From Ignavibacteriota bacterium (lineage in GTDB: Bacteria; Bacteroidota; Ignavibacteria; UBA10030), in assembly GCA_003162695.1 (NCBI GenBank), contig PMML01000112.1, positions 1,073 through 65,072 of the forward strand: a stretch of 64,000 nucleotides of DNA, written 5' to 3'. Of this stretch, positions 54,108 through 62,974 are shown piece by piece (positions within the stretch are counted from its first letter, which is position 1; every line of letters starts with the position of its first letter). A program made the translations under genes and the position numbers. The notes beneath the pieces are model-generated. The model ran no database searches and was not told where the DNA came from. It saw only the letters and a program-made list of their open reading frames with translations.

Positions 54108-54722
54108 TTATGCTGCAGGCTTCCTGCAAATGAGCGCGACGCGATTCTCAAATTCTGCGTGACAAACCTCAAAACCCGCCGAATGCATGATCGATTTCAA
54201 ATCGTCTATTTCCGGCAGCTGGTCGTTTCCTACTGCTCCGCCGATTTTTGCATGAATGTCGTTGACGGTTTTTATGTCTTTGAGGTGAATCAGAGCTGTG
54301 ATTCCTTTGGGCCTGAGTACCCGGTATATTTCCTGAAGCACGGCGGATGGGTCGTCGAAATGCGGGAATACGGACATCATAACAACCCGTGCGAAAGAAT
54401 CTCCGAGGAACGGAAGCCGGTGTGCATCCGCGTGAACGTATTCGACGATGTGACGTGCTCCTCTTTTACGCGCACGGCTCAGCATTTCGCTGGAAAAATC
54501 GAGAGCGACCATATCCCATTCTTCGAAAAAAGGAAAAAGGACCCCTGTACCGCAGCCGATATCGAGCACTCTTTTACCGAGTTCGGGAGGCGTTTCGATA
54601 AGATGAAGCATCGTGTTCAAAAAGAACTCGTCCTCTTCGGATAATTCATCGATCCAGTCCTTTGCAAGATGATCGAAATATTGACGCCGCTGTGTACGAG
54701 GAGCTGATTGTCCGGGTCTCAT
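54108..54722 (-). CDS. class I SAM-dependent methyltransferase
   Basis: Motif I 'VLDIGCGTGVLF' and 'VVMMSVFPHF' are present. Confidence 0.8.
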   Translation of the reverse strand: MRPGQSAPRTQRRQYFDHLAKDWIDELSEEDEFFLNTMLHLIETPPELGKRVLDIGCGTGVLFPFFEEWDMVALDFSSEMLSRARKRGARHIVEYVHADAHRLPFLGDSFARVVMMSVFPHFDDPSAVLQEIYRVLRPKGITALIHLKDIKTVNDIHAKIGGAVGNDQLPEIDDLKSIMHSAGFEVCHAEFENRVALICRKPAA

Positions 54723-54792
54723 GAATTCTTTAGTAAGAAATTATTATGATAAATGACAACATACGGAATAATTCTAATAATTACCGCAAAAA

Positions 54793-55398
54793 TTATAATG
54801 GAAGTGTAATATCGTACTTCACGGAAAAAATACGCAAAATTGTTGCCGTCATAACACTCGCCGCAGTTGCGCTGATATGGTCGCCGGTTGCTGTGCGGAC
54901 TAAAAAGTAAACGATAGACGAAGCGAAAGCGCATGTTGCATACAATTGTCCGCGTTTAAAAATAACCGGGACCTCATTGCATACAATATCGCGTAAGACC
55001 CCGCCGAATGTTGCTGTAATAACACCCATGAGAATTGCAACCGGGAAGGAAACGCCGGTCTGGATTGTATATGCGACGCCGACAGCGCTGTAGAGACCGA
55101 GTCCGACTGCATCGGGAACAATGATTGCGCGGTCGCTGAGCTTGATGTGCCTGAACTTCATAACAAGCGATGTAGCGATGGAAAGAATCAATGTGCCGAC
55201 GATATATTCCGGTTTGGCAATCCAGAAGAGCGGATAACGATTGAGGATCACATCACGCAGCGTTCCGCCGCCGAACGCAGTAATAAAAGCTATGACAAAA
55301 ACGCCCACAAGATCCATCCCGCGGCGCTTTGCTTCTATTGCTCCGGTTACGGTAAAAAAGGCGATTCCGAATATTTCAATAATATTTAAAAGCGACAT
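54793..55398 (-). CDS. trimeric intracellular cation channel family protein (UPF0126/YadS-like)
   Basis: The product shows an internal duplication, each half carrying the signature 'AFGGGTLRDV' / 'TFGGVLRDIV'. It has about 7 TM segments. Confidence 0.8.
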   Translation of the reverse strand: MSLLNIIEIFGIAFFTVTGAIEAKRRGMDLVGVFVIAFITAFGGGTLRDVILNRYPLFWIAKPEYIVGTLILSIATSLVMKFRHIKLSDRAIIVPDAVGLGLYSAVGVAYTIQTGVSFPVAILMGVITATFGGVLRDIVCNEVPVIFKRGQLYATCAFASSIVYFLVRTATGDHISATAASVMTATILRIFSVKYDITLPL

Positions 55399-55404
55399 GT
55401 ATGC

Positions 55405-56244
55405 TCACAGTTTTTCAATGCCGAGGAGGTTCACAGCATTGCCGCCGAGAATTTTTTCTTTTTGCTGGGAAGAAAGCCAGTCAAGCGAATCGATTTCAGC
55501 GAGCGCCTGTGCAGGAGAGTGGAGCGGATAATCGCTGCCGAACAGGATGCGGTCTGTTCCATGTTTGGAAATGATTTTTTTGAAAAGTTTTCGATCGATG
55601 TACGGAAGTGTGCTCGACGTATCGAAATACAAATTGCGTCCTGCCAATTCTTCAAGTGATTCCTGCCAAAAACAATATCCTCCCATATGAGCGGCTATGA
55701 CGGTTAATGCCGGAAACCGGTCGAGAATCGCCGCCAGCTTTTTTGGTGTGCTCTTATTCGAAGATGTTTTAACTGCATCCCCCATATGAATAAGAACCAT
55801 AAATTTTCCGGCGACAGCCTCGAAGAATAGATTGAGACGGGGATCTGCAAGATCGATTCCTTGAAATTCGGGATGAAGTTTGAAACCGCGGCATCCTGCC
55901 CACCGCAGGCGGTCGATTTCAGAGAGCCAGTCCGGATCGTCCGGATGAAATGTCCCAAATGGAATTAAATCAGGCGAACTGGAATATGGATTTGAACCAT
56001 TGCGGTTTTTAAGCGAAAGTGTCTTGACGGAAAGCGCCCAATCGTTTGCCGGGGCGACCTGAGATGCTTTTGTTGCTGCGACTAAAAGAACAGCCGCATC
56101 AGACTTGATCTTATTCTCCTCCCGCAAAAGTTCCGGCAGGGTGCCGGAGTGCGATGTGTGCAGTTTATAATAATTGATGAGCTGATTGACGGCCTTCGCC
56201 GCAATTTTCTCTGCAAATGCGTGTGTATGAAAATCGATCAACAT
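55405..56244 (-). CDS. amidohydrolase-family metal-dependent hydrolase (TIM barrel)
   Basis: The N-terminal 'MLIDFHTHAF' (HxH), 'VLIHMGD', 'IAAHMGG' and 'ILFGSDYP' are present. Confidence 0.75.
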   Translation of the reverse strand: MLIDFHTHAFAEKIAAKAVNQLINYYKLHTSHSGTLPELLREENKIKSDAAVLLVAATKASQVAPANDWALSVKTLSLKNRNGSNPYSSSPDLIPFGTFHPDDPDWLSEIDRLRWAGCRGFKLHPEFQGIDLADPRLNLFFEAVAGKFMVLIHMGDAVKTSSNKSTPKKLAAILDRFPALTVIAAHMGGYCFWQESLEELAGRNLYFDTSSTLPYIDRKLFKKIISKHGTDRILFGSDYPLHSPAQALAEIDSLDWLSSQQKEKILGGNAVNLLGIEKL

Positions 56245-56698
56245 ATTGAGAAAATTAAATTGAAAACATGAATAGTGCGTGGTGCTTTGTCCATAGTAAT
56301 AACTTTAATAATGACTAAGAACTACAGCAACGTTAAATTACCATTCACCATTGATTGTTTACCGTTGTCCAATATACTTGATTATTTTTACTATTGGAAG
56401 ATGTGTATTTGTTGGTGAAGGCAAACCTTGACATTGTTCCCCCGGGGAAAATGCAAAGATTGCGATTGTGAAATAAAAGCCGAAAATTTTTCATGGCGTT
56501 TAATTCTTTTTGACAGGCTTCCTATCCTCAAGTGCATGCCGGCTGTCCATGTCCTTCCCGGCACGGATGACAGAGCCTGATTAAGCTGTGATTCGTTTGT
56601 ATCCTTTGTAAAAAATCCCTTGCATTATCGTAGCACGTATATTATATTAATAGCACAATTGCTCGTTCTTCGATACTTTTAAAGCAAAGGATCTTTCG

Positions 56699-58543
56699 AT
56701 GGTAAAGAATATTTTGTCCGCCGGTTTTTTTCTCTTCGTTCCTTGCATTCTTTTCGCGCAATCACCTGCAAAGAGTGATACAACCAAAGTCTACAAACTT
56801 AATCCCATAACGGTAACGGCAACCAAAACGGAAACTCCGCGCAGTTTAGTCTCACCGTCCATCAGCGTTATCCCTGCCGATGAAATTAATGCTAATCCGG
56901 AAAAATCTATTTTCTCTCTTATCAGTCAGGAAGTCCCGGGTGTATTCGTTACCGAAAAGGATGTTCTAGGATTCGGCATCAATACACCCTCCGGACAGAT
57001 CAGTATCCGAGGCATCGGCGGAAGTCCAAATAATGAAGTGCTGACTTTAATCGACGGGCGTCCGCAGTATATGGGCTGGTACGGACATCCGATTGACGAT
57101 GCGTATCTTTCCACGAATATTGAACGGATCGAAGTTATACGCGGTCCTGCATCGATGCTCTACGGTTCCAATGCCATGGGCGGAGTTATTAATATTATTA
57201 CGCATTCATCGCAGCAAAACGGCCTCGAGGGCAATGCATCCGTTTCATACGGCAGCTATGACGCACAACAATACGGCATGCATCTTGGATATCAGGAAAA
57301 CGATTGGAATGTATTGGGTTCCTTTACACACGAGCATACGGATGGTTCACGGCCATGGTCGGAATACACGGCCAACAGCGGTTATCTTAAAACATCCTAT
57401 CAATTGAGCGAGCAATATCGAGTAGCTTTAGATGGGAGCTATACTCAATTTAACACGTTTGACCCGGGACAGACCACAAAACTTGATACAAATAACTGGA
57501 TACATGTTCAACGCGGATATATCGGCGCATCGGTTGAAAATGATTTTGGGGCATCGAAAGGAGGCATCAGCTTTGTTTATAATCTAGGGCACAATGAATT
57601 TTCTCCTATTGATCAAAACTTCAACTGGATTTCCAATGATCACCAGATTATCGCAACTGCCTATCAAACATTGAATATGTTCACCTGCAATACAATCAAT
57701 GCAGGCATTGATGTGCAGCAAAACGGTGGAAATGCATCAAATACACTCAGAAATTTTGGAAAACATTCGATCGAAGATTATGCCGGTTATGTAAGTGTAC
57801 AACAGATATTCTTTGACCGGCTGCTGGCAAATGCCGGCATTCGATATGCATATAATACATATTTCGGTGATATTGCTATACCGCAGGCAGGGATTACATA
57901 TAAACTTACAGAAGAAACGAATTTACGCGCATCGGTTGCACGGGGATACCGTGCACCTCAGATTTTTGAAATTTATCAATTGACCCCGAGAGACGGAACC
58001 TTGCAGCCGGAAAATTTGTGGAACTATGAAATCGGAGTTTCGCACCAATTTGGCAATTGCGCATCAATCGATGTAGCCGGATATGTCATCGATGCACAAA
58101 ATACCATTTTCGATAATTGGCCGCTACAATCATGGAACACAGGCGGATTTCATCGTGACGGAGTGGAATGCTCGGCGCAATTGCTTCCTTTTGATTGTTT
58201 CACAATCAATGCAAATTATTCCTTCACCGATAAACCGGATGTCGCACGGGGAATAATGCCGAAACATAAAGCATATATCGGCGGAGAATATCGCTATAAT
58301 ATTTTGACATTTTTGCTCTCGGCGCAATACGTCAATACGATTTACGGAACCGATCAAACGGATTACATGTTGAAACAACTGCCTGATTATACAAATATGG
58401 AAATTCGAGTAGCGGCACAAGTAGCAGAAAAAATTTCTCTTTCCATTGGAAGCCGGAACATATTAAATGAATCCTATCAAACTATCTACGGTTACCCAAT
58501 GCCGGGACGTACGTATAATATTGGCATTAAAGCCGGAATATAA
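56699..58543 (+). CDS. TonB-dependent outer-membrane receptor (small, BtuB/CirA-size)
   Basis: The signal peptide is 'MVKNILSAGFFLFVPCILFAQ' and the TonB-box-like segment is 'LNPITVTATK'. The plug contains 'IERIEVIRGPASMLYGSNAMGGVINIIT'. The 614-aa product has a C-terminal barrel. Confidence 0.9.
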   Translation: MVKNILSAGFFLFVPCILFAQSPAKSDTTKVYKLNPITVTATKTETPRSLVSPSISVIPADEINANPEKSIFSLISQEVPGVFVTEKDVLGFGINTPSGQISIRGIGGSPNNEVLTLIDGRPQYMGWYGHPIDDAYLSTNIERIEVIRGPASMLYGSNAMGGVINIITHSSQQNGLEGNASVSYGSYDAQQYGMHLGYQENDWNVLGSFTHEHTDGSRPWSEYTANSGYLKTSYQLSEQYRVALDGSYTQFNTFDPGQTTKLDTNNWIHVQRGYIGASVENDFGASKGGISFVYNLGHNEFSPIDQNFNWISNDHQIIATAYQTLNMFTCNTINAGIDVQQNGGNASNTLRNFGKHSIEDYAGYVSVQQIFFDRLLANAGIRYAYNTYFGDIAIPQAGITYKLTEETNLRASVARGYRAPQIFEIYQLTPRDGTLQPENLWNYEIGVSHQFGNCASIDVAGYVIDAQNTIFDNWPLQSWNTGGFHRDGVECSAQLLPFDCFTINANYSFTDKPDVARGIMPKHKAYIGGEYRYNILTFLLSAQYVNTIYGTDQTDYMLKQLPDYTNMEIRVAAQVAEKISLSIGSRNILNESYQTIYGYPMPGRTYNIGIKAGI

Positions 58544-58545
58544 TT

Positions 58546-59064
58546 TTGGAAAATGCAATGAACACGAAAACAATTGTTCTTAAAAATGTTTCTACTCGTT
58601 TACAATCGTTATTGATCGGCATCGTTGCCCTCGGATTTGGAGTAAGCTTACCGCGCATCTTCCATCTTGCCGGACTCGGCAGCATTATGCTTCCGATGTT
58701 TTTGCCGATTGCATTCATCAGCACTGTTGTAAGCTTGCCCGTAATTTTAATTGTTGCGGGAATAACACCTCTGCTTTCATTCGTCTTGTTCGGCGCTCCC
58801 GCATGGGCGACTGCATGCATCATGATCGTTCAACTTTCTCTGGTCGGCACAATCACCTGGTTTCTTCGCCAAATTTCTCTGAATCTTTATGCAGTAATAC
58901 CGGCAGCATTATTGTGTGAGCGGATATTTTCTTTGCTTGCCGCAGCCATGTTTCCTGCAATCGGATTGATGCCTTCGGCAATTTTTGCTTCTTATCCGGG
59001 AATTCTTTTCATATCGGTTTTCAGTATCCTCTTTATAAAAATCGCCCGTCAAGTATGGCATTGA
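58546..59064 (+). CDS. small 6-TM membrane protein, ECF-transporter S-component-like
   Basis: It starts 3 nt after the receptor stop. The 172-aa product has six hydrophobic helices, and 'GSIMLPMFLPIAF' resembles the LPMH(I/L)P loop I recall from PF12822-type S components. No ECF A/T genes lie nearby. Confidence 0.5.
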   Translation: MENAMNTKTIVLKNVSTRLQSLLIGIVALGFGVSLPRIFHLAGLGSIMLPMFLPIAFISTVVSLPVILIVAGITPLLSFVLFGAPAWATACIMIVQLSLVGTITWFLRQISLNLYAVIPAALLCERIFSLLAAAMFPAIGLMPSAIFASYPGILFISVFSILFIKIARQVWH

Positions 59065-59101
59065 AAATACAAGTCTCATAAAAAGCTTTTTTATATCGTA
59101 A

Positions 59102-59132
59102 CCCCGCAGTGAACATTGCGGGGATTTTTTTT
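59102..59132 (+). terminator. Rho-independent terminator of the receptor operon
   Basis: The hairpin is CCCCGCA-gtgaacat-TGCGGGG, followed by T8. Confidence 0.75.
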
Positions 59133-59212
59133 GTATTGATTTCAGGCGGTAAGGAAGCAAAACGCACAAGGCGGATTAGACGGGCATTTATGTGGTTCAA
59201 AATATATTACTG

Positions 59213-59719
59213 CTATCGGTGGCGGGCGGGTTCCCTCTCGTCTTCGTGCGGCTGTGTATGGTCATGCGGTTTATTGCCGGTGTGAGAATGGGTATGGGGA
59301 TGCAGCGAAGCCGTCAGGGTCAATTTGCCGTGCTCGACACCTTTAAAGCTGAGAATTTTCTCTGCGAGAGCGGTTAAGGATTCCGCTTTTCCCTTCAGAA
59401 GAATGACTTCCAGGCAATGATCGTGATCGACATGGACGTGCGATGTCGAGATAATGTTCTCAAAATATTCATGTTGAAGGTTGGAGAGCGTCTTTTCCAG
59501 TTCGCGCTTGTGATGATCGAATATATACACAAGTGCGCCGTAGACGAGCCCGTGCGGAGATTGGACGCTTTCCTGAACGAGCTTTTCCCGGACGATATCG
59601 CGAATCGCTTCCGAACGGTTGGTATATCCTTTGCGGTTGATGAGATGATCGAATTCATGGAGGAGCGATTCCTCCATGGAAATGCCGAAGCGAATAAGTT
59701 GATCCATAGTATCCTTCAT
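59213..59719 (-). CDS. nikR: nickel-responsive transcriptional regulator NikR with a His-rich C-terminal tail
   Basis: The ribbon-helix-helix segment is 'IRFGISMEESLLHEFDHLINRKGYTNRSEAIRDIVRE'. The Ni-site block 'HVHVDHDHCLEV' compares with E. coli 'HVHINHDDCLEI'. An extra tail reads 'HPHTHSHTGNKPHDHTQPHEDE'. Confidence 0.92.
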   Translation of the reverse strand: MKDTMDQLIRFGISMEESLLHEFDHLINRKGYTNRSEAIRDIVREKLVQESVQSPHGLVYGALVYIFDHHKRELEKTLSNLQHEYFENIISTSHVHVDHDHCLEVILLKGKAESLTALAEKILSFKGVEHGKLTLTASLHPHTHSHTGNKPHDHTQPHEDEREPARHR

Positions 59720-60077
59720 TATCGTTCAAGGTACCATTTTCTATCGGCTCTTGCAACTGAACTGCGCTGAGGTAGTTTTTTTTTAGCTCAATCGCAGTAC
59801 AGGATTACAAAATTGTCATTCCTGCAGTCGTCTTCGGTTTTGAATACATGCCGCTTGCAACTTTTCTTGAAAATAGGCGTAAAGAATCATTGAGGAGGGA
59901 GGCATGGAACCGATTACATATACGTTGAAACCGAAAAGCCGAACGGCTGAATCTTATTATCCCCAAATTGCCCGGTTTACAGATTAAGTTTTTTCGCATG
60001 CACGCACCTTTATCGTTCCGATTGCACGGGAGTTTAGAGATTATATTATCCGATACGAACTGGAAAAACCTCGGACG

Positions 60078-61076
60078 ATGGAAGAATATGTATTTGAACT
60101 TCTGGATATGGGAGTCCTCTGGCGCGTCTACGGAGGGGGAGCGCTGGCAACGGATATCGCACCATACCGCCTGTTGTCATTTCTCTGGGAATTCCGCAAA
60201 TTGTATCCCCGCTGGAAACCGTCCGTCGATATTTTGCGTGCGGTCTTGATGGGCGCGTTCTTAAAAACGTACAACCAAACTTCTATTGAAAAGCAATATC
60301 CGGCGGTTCGTGATTTGTCCCAGCTTATTTTGTGGCTGGAAGCAACGGGAGATTTTCGCGAAGACGCTTTGCGCTTTATCCGCTGGCATGCATTTCTCCT
60401 CAGCCATTCGACTAGAAATGCCGGGGAACGGCTGCGGGATGCTGTAGATTTTGCGCAATGGTTTGAACTTACGAGCGCAGGATCTCTCGGCGAGTTTACG
60501 CCAAATGTCGAACAATTTACAAATCGGGAAACACAGAAGTACCGCTGGCGGGAAGACAGGATCGCCTGCACGCGAACACGCGTAGAATATCATCTCAATA
60601 TGGTAGGTGCTGAGATTATGAATCGGGCTTTTCGCGTTTCTTTCCTGCCGGCGGATCGCAAGGCGGTTCTTGTTCCCGGCTGCATGCGCTCGCGCCCGGA
60701 AAAAGAGTGTCAGGCCATACACGTTTCGGAAGGACTTTGCTGCAAAGGATGTGATAAAACTTGTCACGTGAACCGTTTGCGGGCGATGGGGATTAAAAAC
60801 AGTTTCGACGTGTTCATACTTCCCCATGCATCCGATTTATCGCGATGGGCGTCAAAACCCGGAAGTCCGTCCAAGGGCGTTGTCGGCGTCGCCTGTTTGA
60901 CGACTTTGATCGGCGGGGGATGGGAATTGAAACGGCATGGCGGTCCGGCGCAGTGCGTGCTCTTAAATTATTGCGGCTGCAAAAAGCATTGGGATCCAAA
61001 GGGAATTCCGACAGAACTCGATATGCAGGAAATGAAACGTATCTTTAATATACTTCCCCGGGCAGGAGCTTCCTAA
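60078..61076 (+). CDS. Cys-rich DUF116-like protein
   Basis: The C-terminal half 'VLVPGCMRSRPEKECQAI...GLCCKGCDKTCHVNRL...VGVACLTTLIGGGWE...NYCGCKKHW' matches my recollection of the DUF116 pattern (LLPHC...C..CG.C....GVAC....GC). It is transcribed divergently from nikR. Confidence 0.55.
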   Translation: MEEYVFELLDMGVLWRVYGGGALATDIAPYRLLSFLWEFRKLYPRWKPSVDILRAVLMGAFLKTYNQTSIEKQYPAVRDLSQLILWLEATGDFREDALRFIRWHAFLLSHSTRNAGERLRDAVDFAQWFELTSAGSLGEFTPNVEQFTNRETQKYRWREDRIACTRTRVEYHLNMVGAEIMNRAFRVSFLPADRKAVLVPGCMRSRPEKECQAIHVSEGLCCKGCDKTCHVNRLRAMGIKNSFDVFILPHASDLSRWASKPGSPSKGVVGVACLTTLIGGGWELKRHGGPAQCVLLNYCGCKKHWDPKGIPTELDMQEMKRIFNILPRAGAS

Positions 61077-62110
61077 AAGAAGATTTTGAAAAATTTTAAT
61101 ATTCCCTGCTTCCATGGAACACGATGCGATATTCCGCTTCGATGATCGAAGCTTTCAAGATTTGAACAATACCACCGGAAATTGCGGACAAGCGCATCTT
61201 TGTTGGAATAGAGCGGTTTAAAACCGAGCAGATGTTCGGCTTTTTCGATAGAGACGAAAGAATCTTTCGAAGCCGTTTCGTACACCCACTTATACAGCGG
61301 CGAGAGTTTGAGCATCTCGAGAAAGCGAAGCGTCCATATCATCGGCCATGCTGGAAACGTGCTGATTTTTTTGCCGAAACCGGCACAGTCCAGCACCGCC
61401 TGGTAATCTTCCTTCATGGTCGTAAATTCCTTTGCACCGATATTAAATGTTTCGTTTGCAATTCCTGCGTCAGCTGTCATCGTTATGAAGATGGCCTCGC
61501 AAAGATCCTCGACATCGAGCAGCTGGTATCGATTTTTTCCACTGCCGATCATCGGAAACCCTTTGCCGTCTTTTGCCCAATCGTAGAAAAGGGCAAAGAC
61601 TCCCAGGCGCTCGGGACCGATAAAGGATTTCGGGCGCAGAATAGGAACGCACATCCCTTTCCTGCGGAATTCAAGACAGGCATGTTCTGCAAGGATTTTT
61701 GCTTTGCCGTAATGTCCAACGCCGTCGAGTGTATCGTCTTCCCGGAGCGGATGATGATCCGGAATGCCGTAGACGGCTGTGGATGAGACATGAATAAAAC
61801 GCTGAACGCCGGAAGCAAATGCTGCTTCGAGCAAATTCCTTGTTCCTTCGATATCGGTGGAATAGATGTCTTCTTTTCTATAGAGAGGCAGGGCAGCGGC
61901 GGTATGAACGACAACATCGATGCCCTGCATGCTCTGTCTGACGGTCTTACTGTCGCGAATGTCGCCTTTGATAAAAGTAATATCATTTTTTTCCGGATAA
62001 TCGAAATCCGCAATATCCAGTATGGTGATATTCTCGAATCCTTTTCGAAGAAGATGCCTGACCAAATTAATGCCTAAAAATCCGGAGCCGCCGGTAATAA
62101 GTACTTTCAT
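61073..62110 (-). CDS. NAD-dependent epimerase/dehydratase (extended SDR)
   Basis: 'MKVLITGGSGFLGINLVRHLL' (GxxGxxG) and the catalytic 'YGKAK' (YxxxK) are present. The 3' end overlaps the DUF116-like gene by 4 nt in convergent orientation. Confidence 0.85.
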   Translation of the reverse strand: MKVLITGGSGFLGINLVRHLLRKGFENITILDIADFDYPEKNDITFIKGDIRDSKTVRQSMQGIDVVVHTAAALPLYRKEDIYSTDIEGTRNLLEAAFASGVQRFIHVSSTAVYGIPDHHPLREDDTLDGVGHYGKAKILAEHACLEFRRKGMCVPILRPKSFIGPERLGVFALFYDWAKDGKGFPMIGSGKNRYQLLDVEDLCEAIFITMTADAGIANETFNIGAKEFTTMKEDYQAVLDCAGFGKKISTFPAWPMIWTLRFLEMLKLSPLYKWVYETASKDSFVSIEKAEHLLGFKPLYSNKDALVRNFRWYCSNLESFDHRSGISHRVPWKQGILKFFKIFF

Positions 62111-62189
62111 ACGAAATCCATATCCGTTTGTGTTTCAAGAGAATTTGCTGCTGATAGTAAAGATAGGATTATAAGAAGAGGGAAACAAT

Positions 62190-62219
62190 AAAAAAGCCGA
62201 AGCACTGCTCCGGCTTTTC
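62190..62219 (-). terminator. Rho-independent terminator of ahpC
   Basis: On the minus strand the sequence reads AAAAGCCGGAGcagtgCTTCGGCTTTTTT. The stem has one mismatch and is followed by T6. Confidence 0.6.
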
Positions 62220-62245
62220 AAAGGAAAGGACGCAGAGATGAAAGG

Positions 62246-62809
62246 CTATATTTTTCCCACAAGTTCCAGACCCGGTTTCAGAGTTTTAGCACCCGGCTTC
62301 CAATTCATCGGACATACTTCACCGCTGTGTGTTGCGACAAATTTTGCCGCTTGAAGTTTGCGCAGCAATTCTTCCACGCTGCGCCCGATGCTGTTGTCAT
62401 GAAATTCGAATGCTTTGAGAATGCCGTTCGGGTCGATAAGGAATGTAGCACGAAGAGCAACGCCCTCGCTGTCGATCAAAGTATCGTAGGCTGAACAGAC
62501 GCGATGCGCGGGATCTGCTAGCATCGGGTATTGAATTTTCCTGATCGTTTCCGATTGATCGTGCCATGCTTTATGCACGAAGACCGTGTCTGTACTGACC
62601 GAGATAATTTCCGCTCCTTCTTTTGCGAATTCCGCATAATGGTCTGCCAGCTCGCCTAATTCGGTTGGGCAGACAAATGTAAAATCTGCAGGATAAAAAA
62701 ACAAAACAATCCATTTTCCTTTATAATCATTCAGTGAAATTTTTTTAATAGTGTCGTTTAAGTACGATTCTTCAGAAAATAACGGGGCCGGGGTATTGAT
62801 TTTTATCAT
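62246..62809 (-). CDS. ahpC: 2-Cys peroxiredoxin (AhpC/Prx1 family)
   Basis: The peroxidatic Cys lies in 'FFYPADFTFVCPTEL' and the resolving Cys in 'GEVCPMNW'. Confidence 0.92.
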   Translation of the reverse strand: MIKINTPAPLFSEESYLNDTIKKISLNDYKGKWIVLFFYPADFTFVCPTELGELADHYAEFAKEGAEIISVSTDTVFVHKAWHDQSETIRKIQYPMLADPAHRVCSAYDTLIDSEGVALRATFLIDPNGILKAFEFHDNSIGRSVEELLRKLQAAKFVATHSGEVCPMNWKPGAKTLKPGLELVGKI

Positions 62810-62845
62810 TTTATTCCTCTCTTTTATCTACTATTTAATCCATCG

Positions 62846-62857
62846 AATATTAATATT
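62846..62857. promoter_or_regulatory. perfect 12-bp AT palindrome upstream of ahpC (possible Fur/PerR-family operator)
   Basis: AATATTAATATT is its own reverse complement. It lies 37-48 nt upstream of the ahpC start codon. Confidence 0.3.
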
Positions 62858-62974
62858 AACACTGAAAGCAGAGTGGATAGTTCCAATCGGGAAATCATGC
62901 CGTGTGATGCCAAGCACTGCATAGGGATGGAGTTTTCTGTATGCTTGATTAGTATAATTTTACAGGGTGCAACT

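Noticed and set aside
56400-56698. I considered a cobalamin riboswitch upstream of the TonB receptor/S-component-like pair.
   Set aside because: I looked for the conserved B12-box (GCCACTG-like) and the AAGGGAA...GGTG..A..CC core. Only vague resemblances are present (GGTGAAGGCAAACC; GCGATTGTGAA) and there is no B12 box. I cannot support a riboswitch call without a covariance-model scan.
59720-60077. I searched for a canonical NikR operator in the nikR/DUF116 divergent region and upstream of the receptor.
   Set aside because: I looked for GTATGA-N16-TCATAC, for GTGTTAC/GTAACAC-type half sites, and for the H. pylori-type TATWATT-N11-AATWATA. None is present. Only an imperfect palindrome (GGATTACAAAATTGTCATTCC, about 59802-59822) and two copies of CTTGCAACT (59749, 59853) were seen, which is not enough to call an operator.
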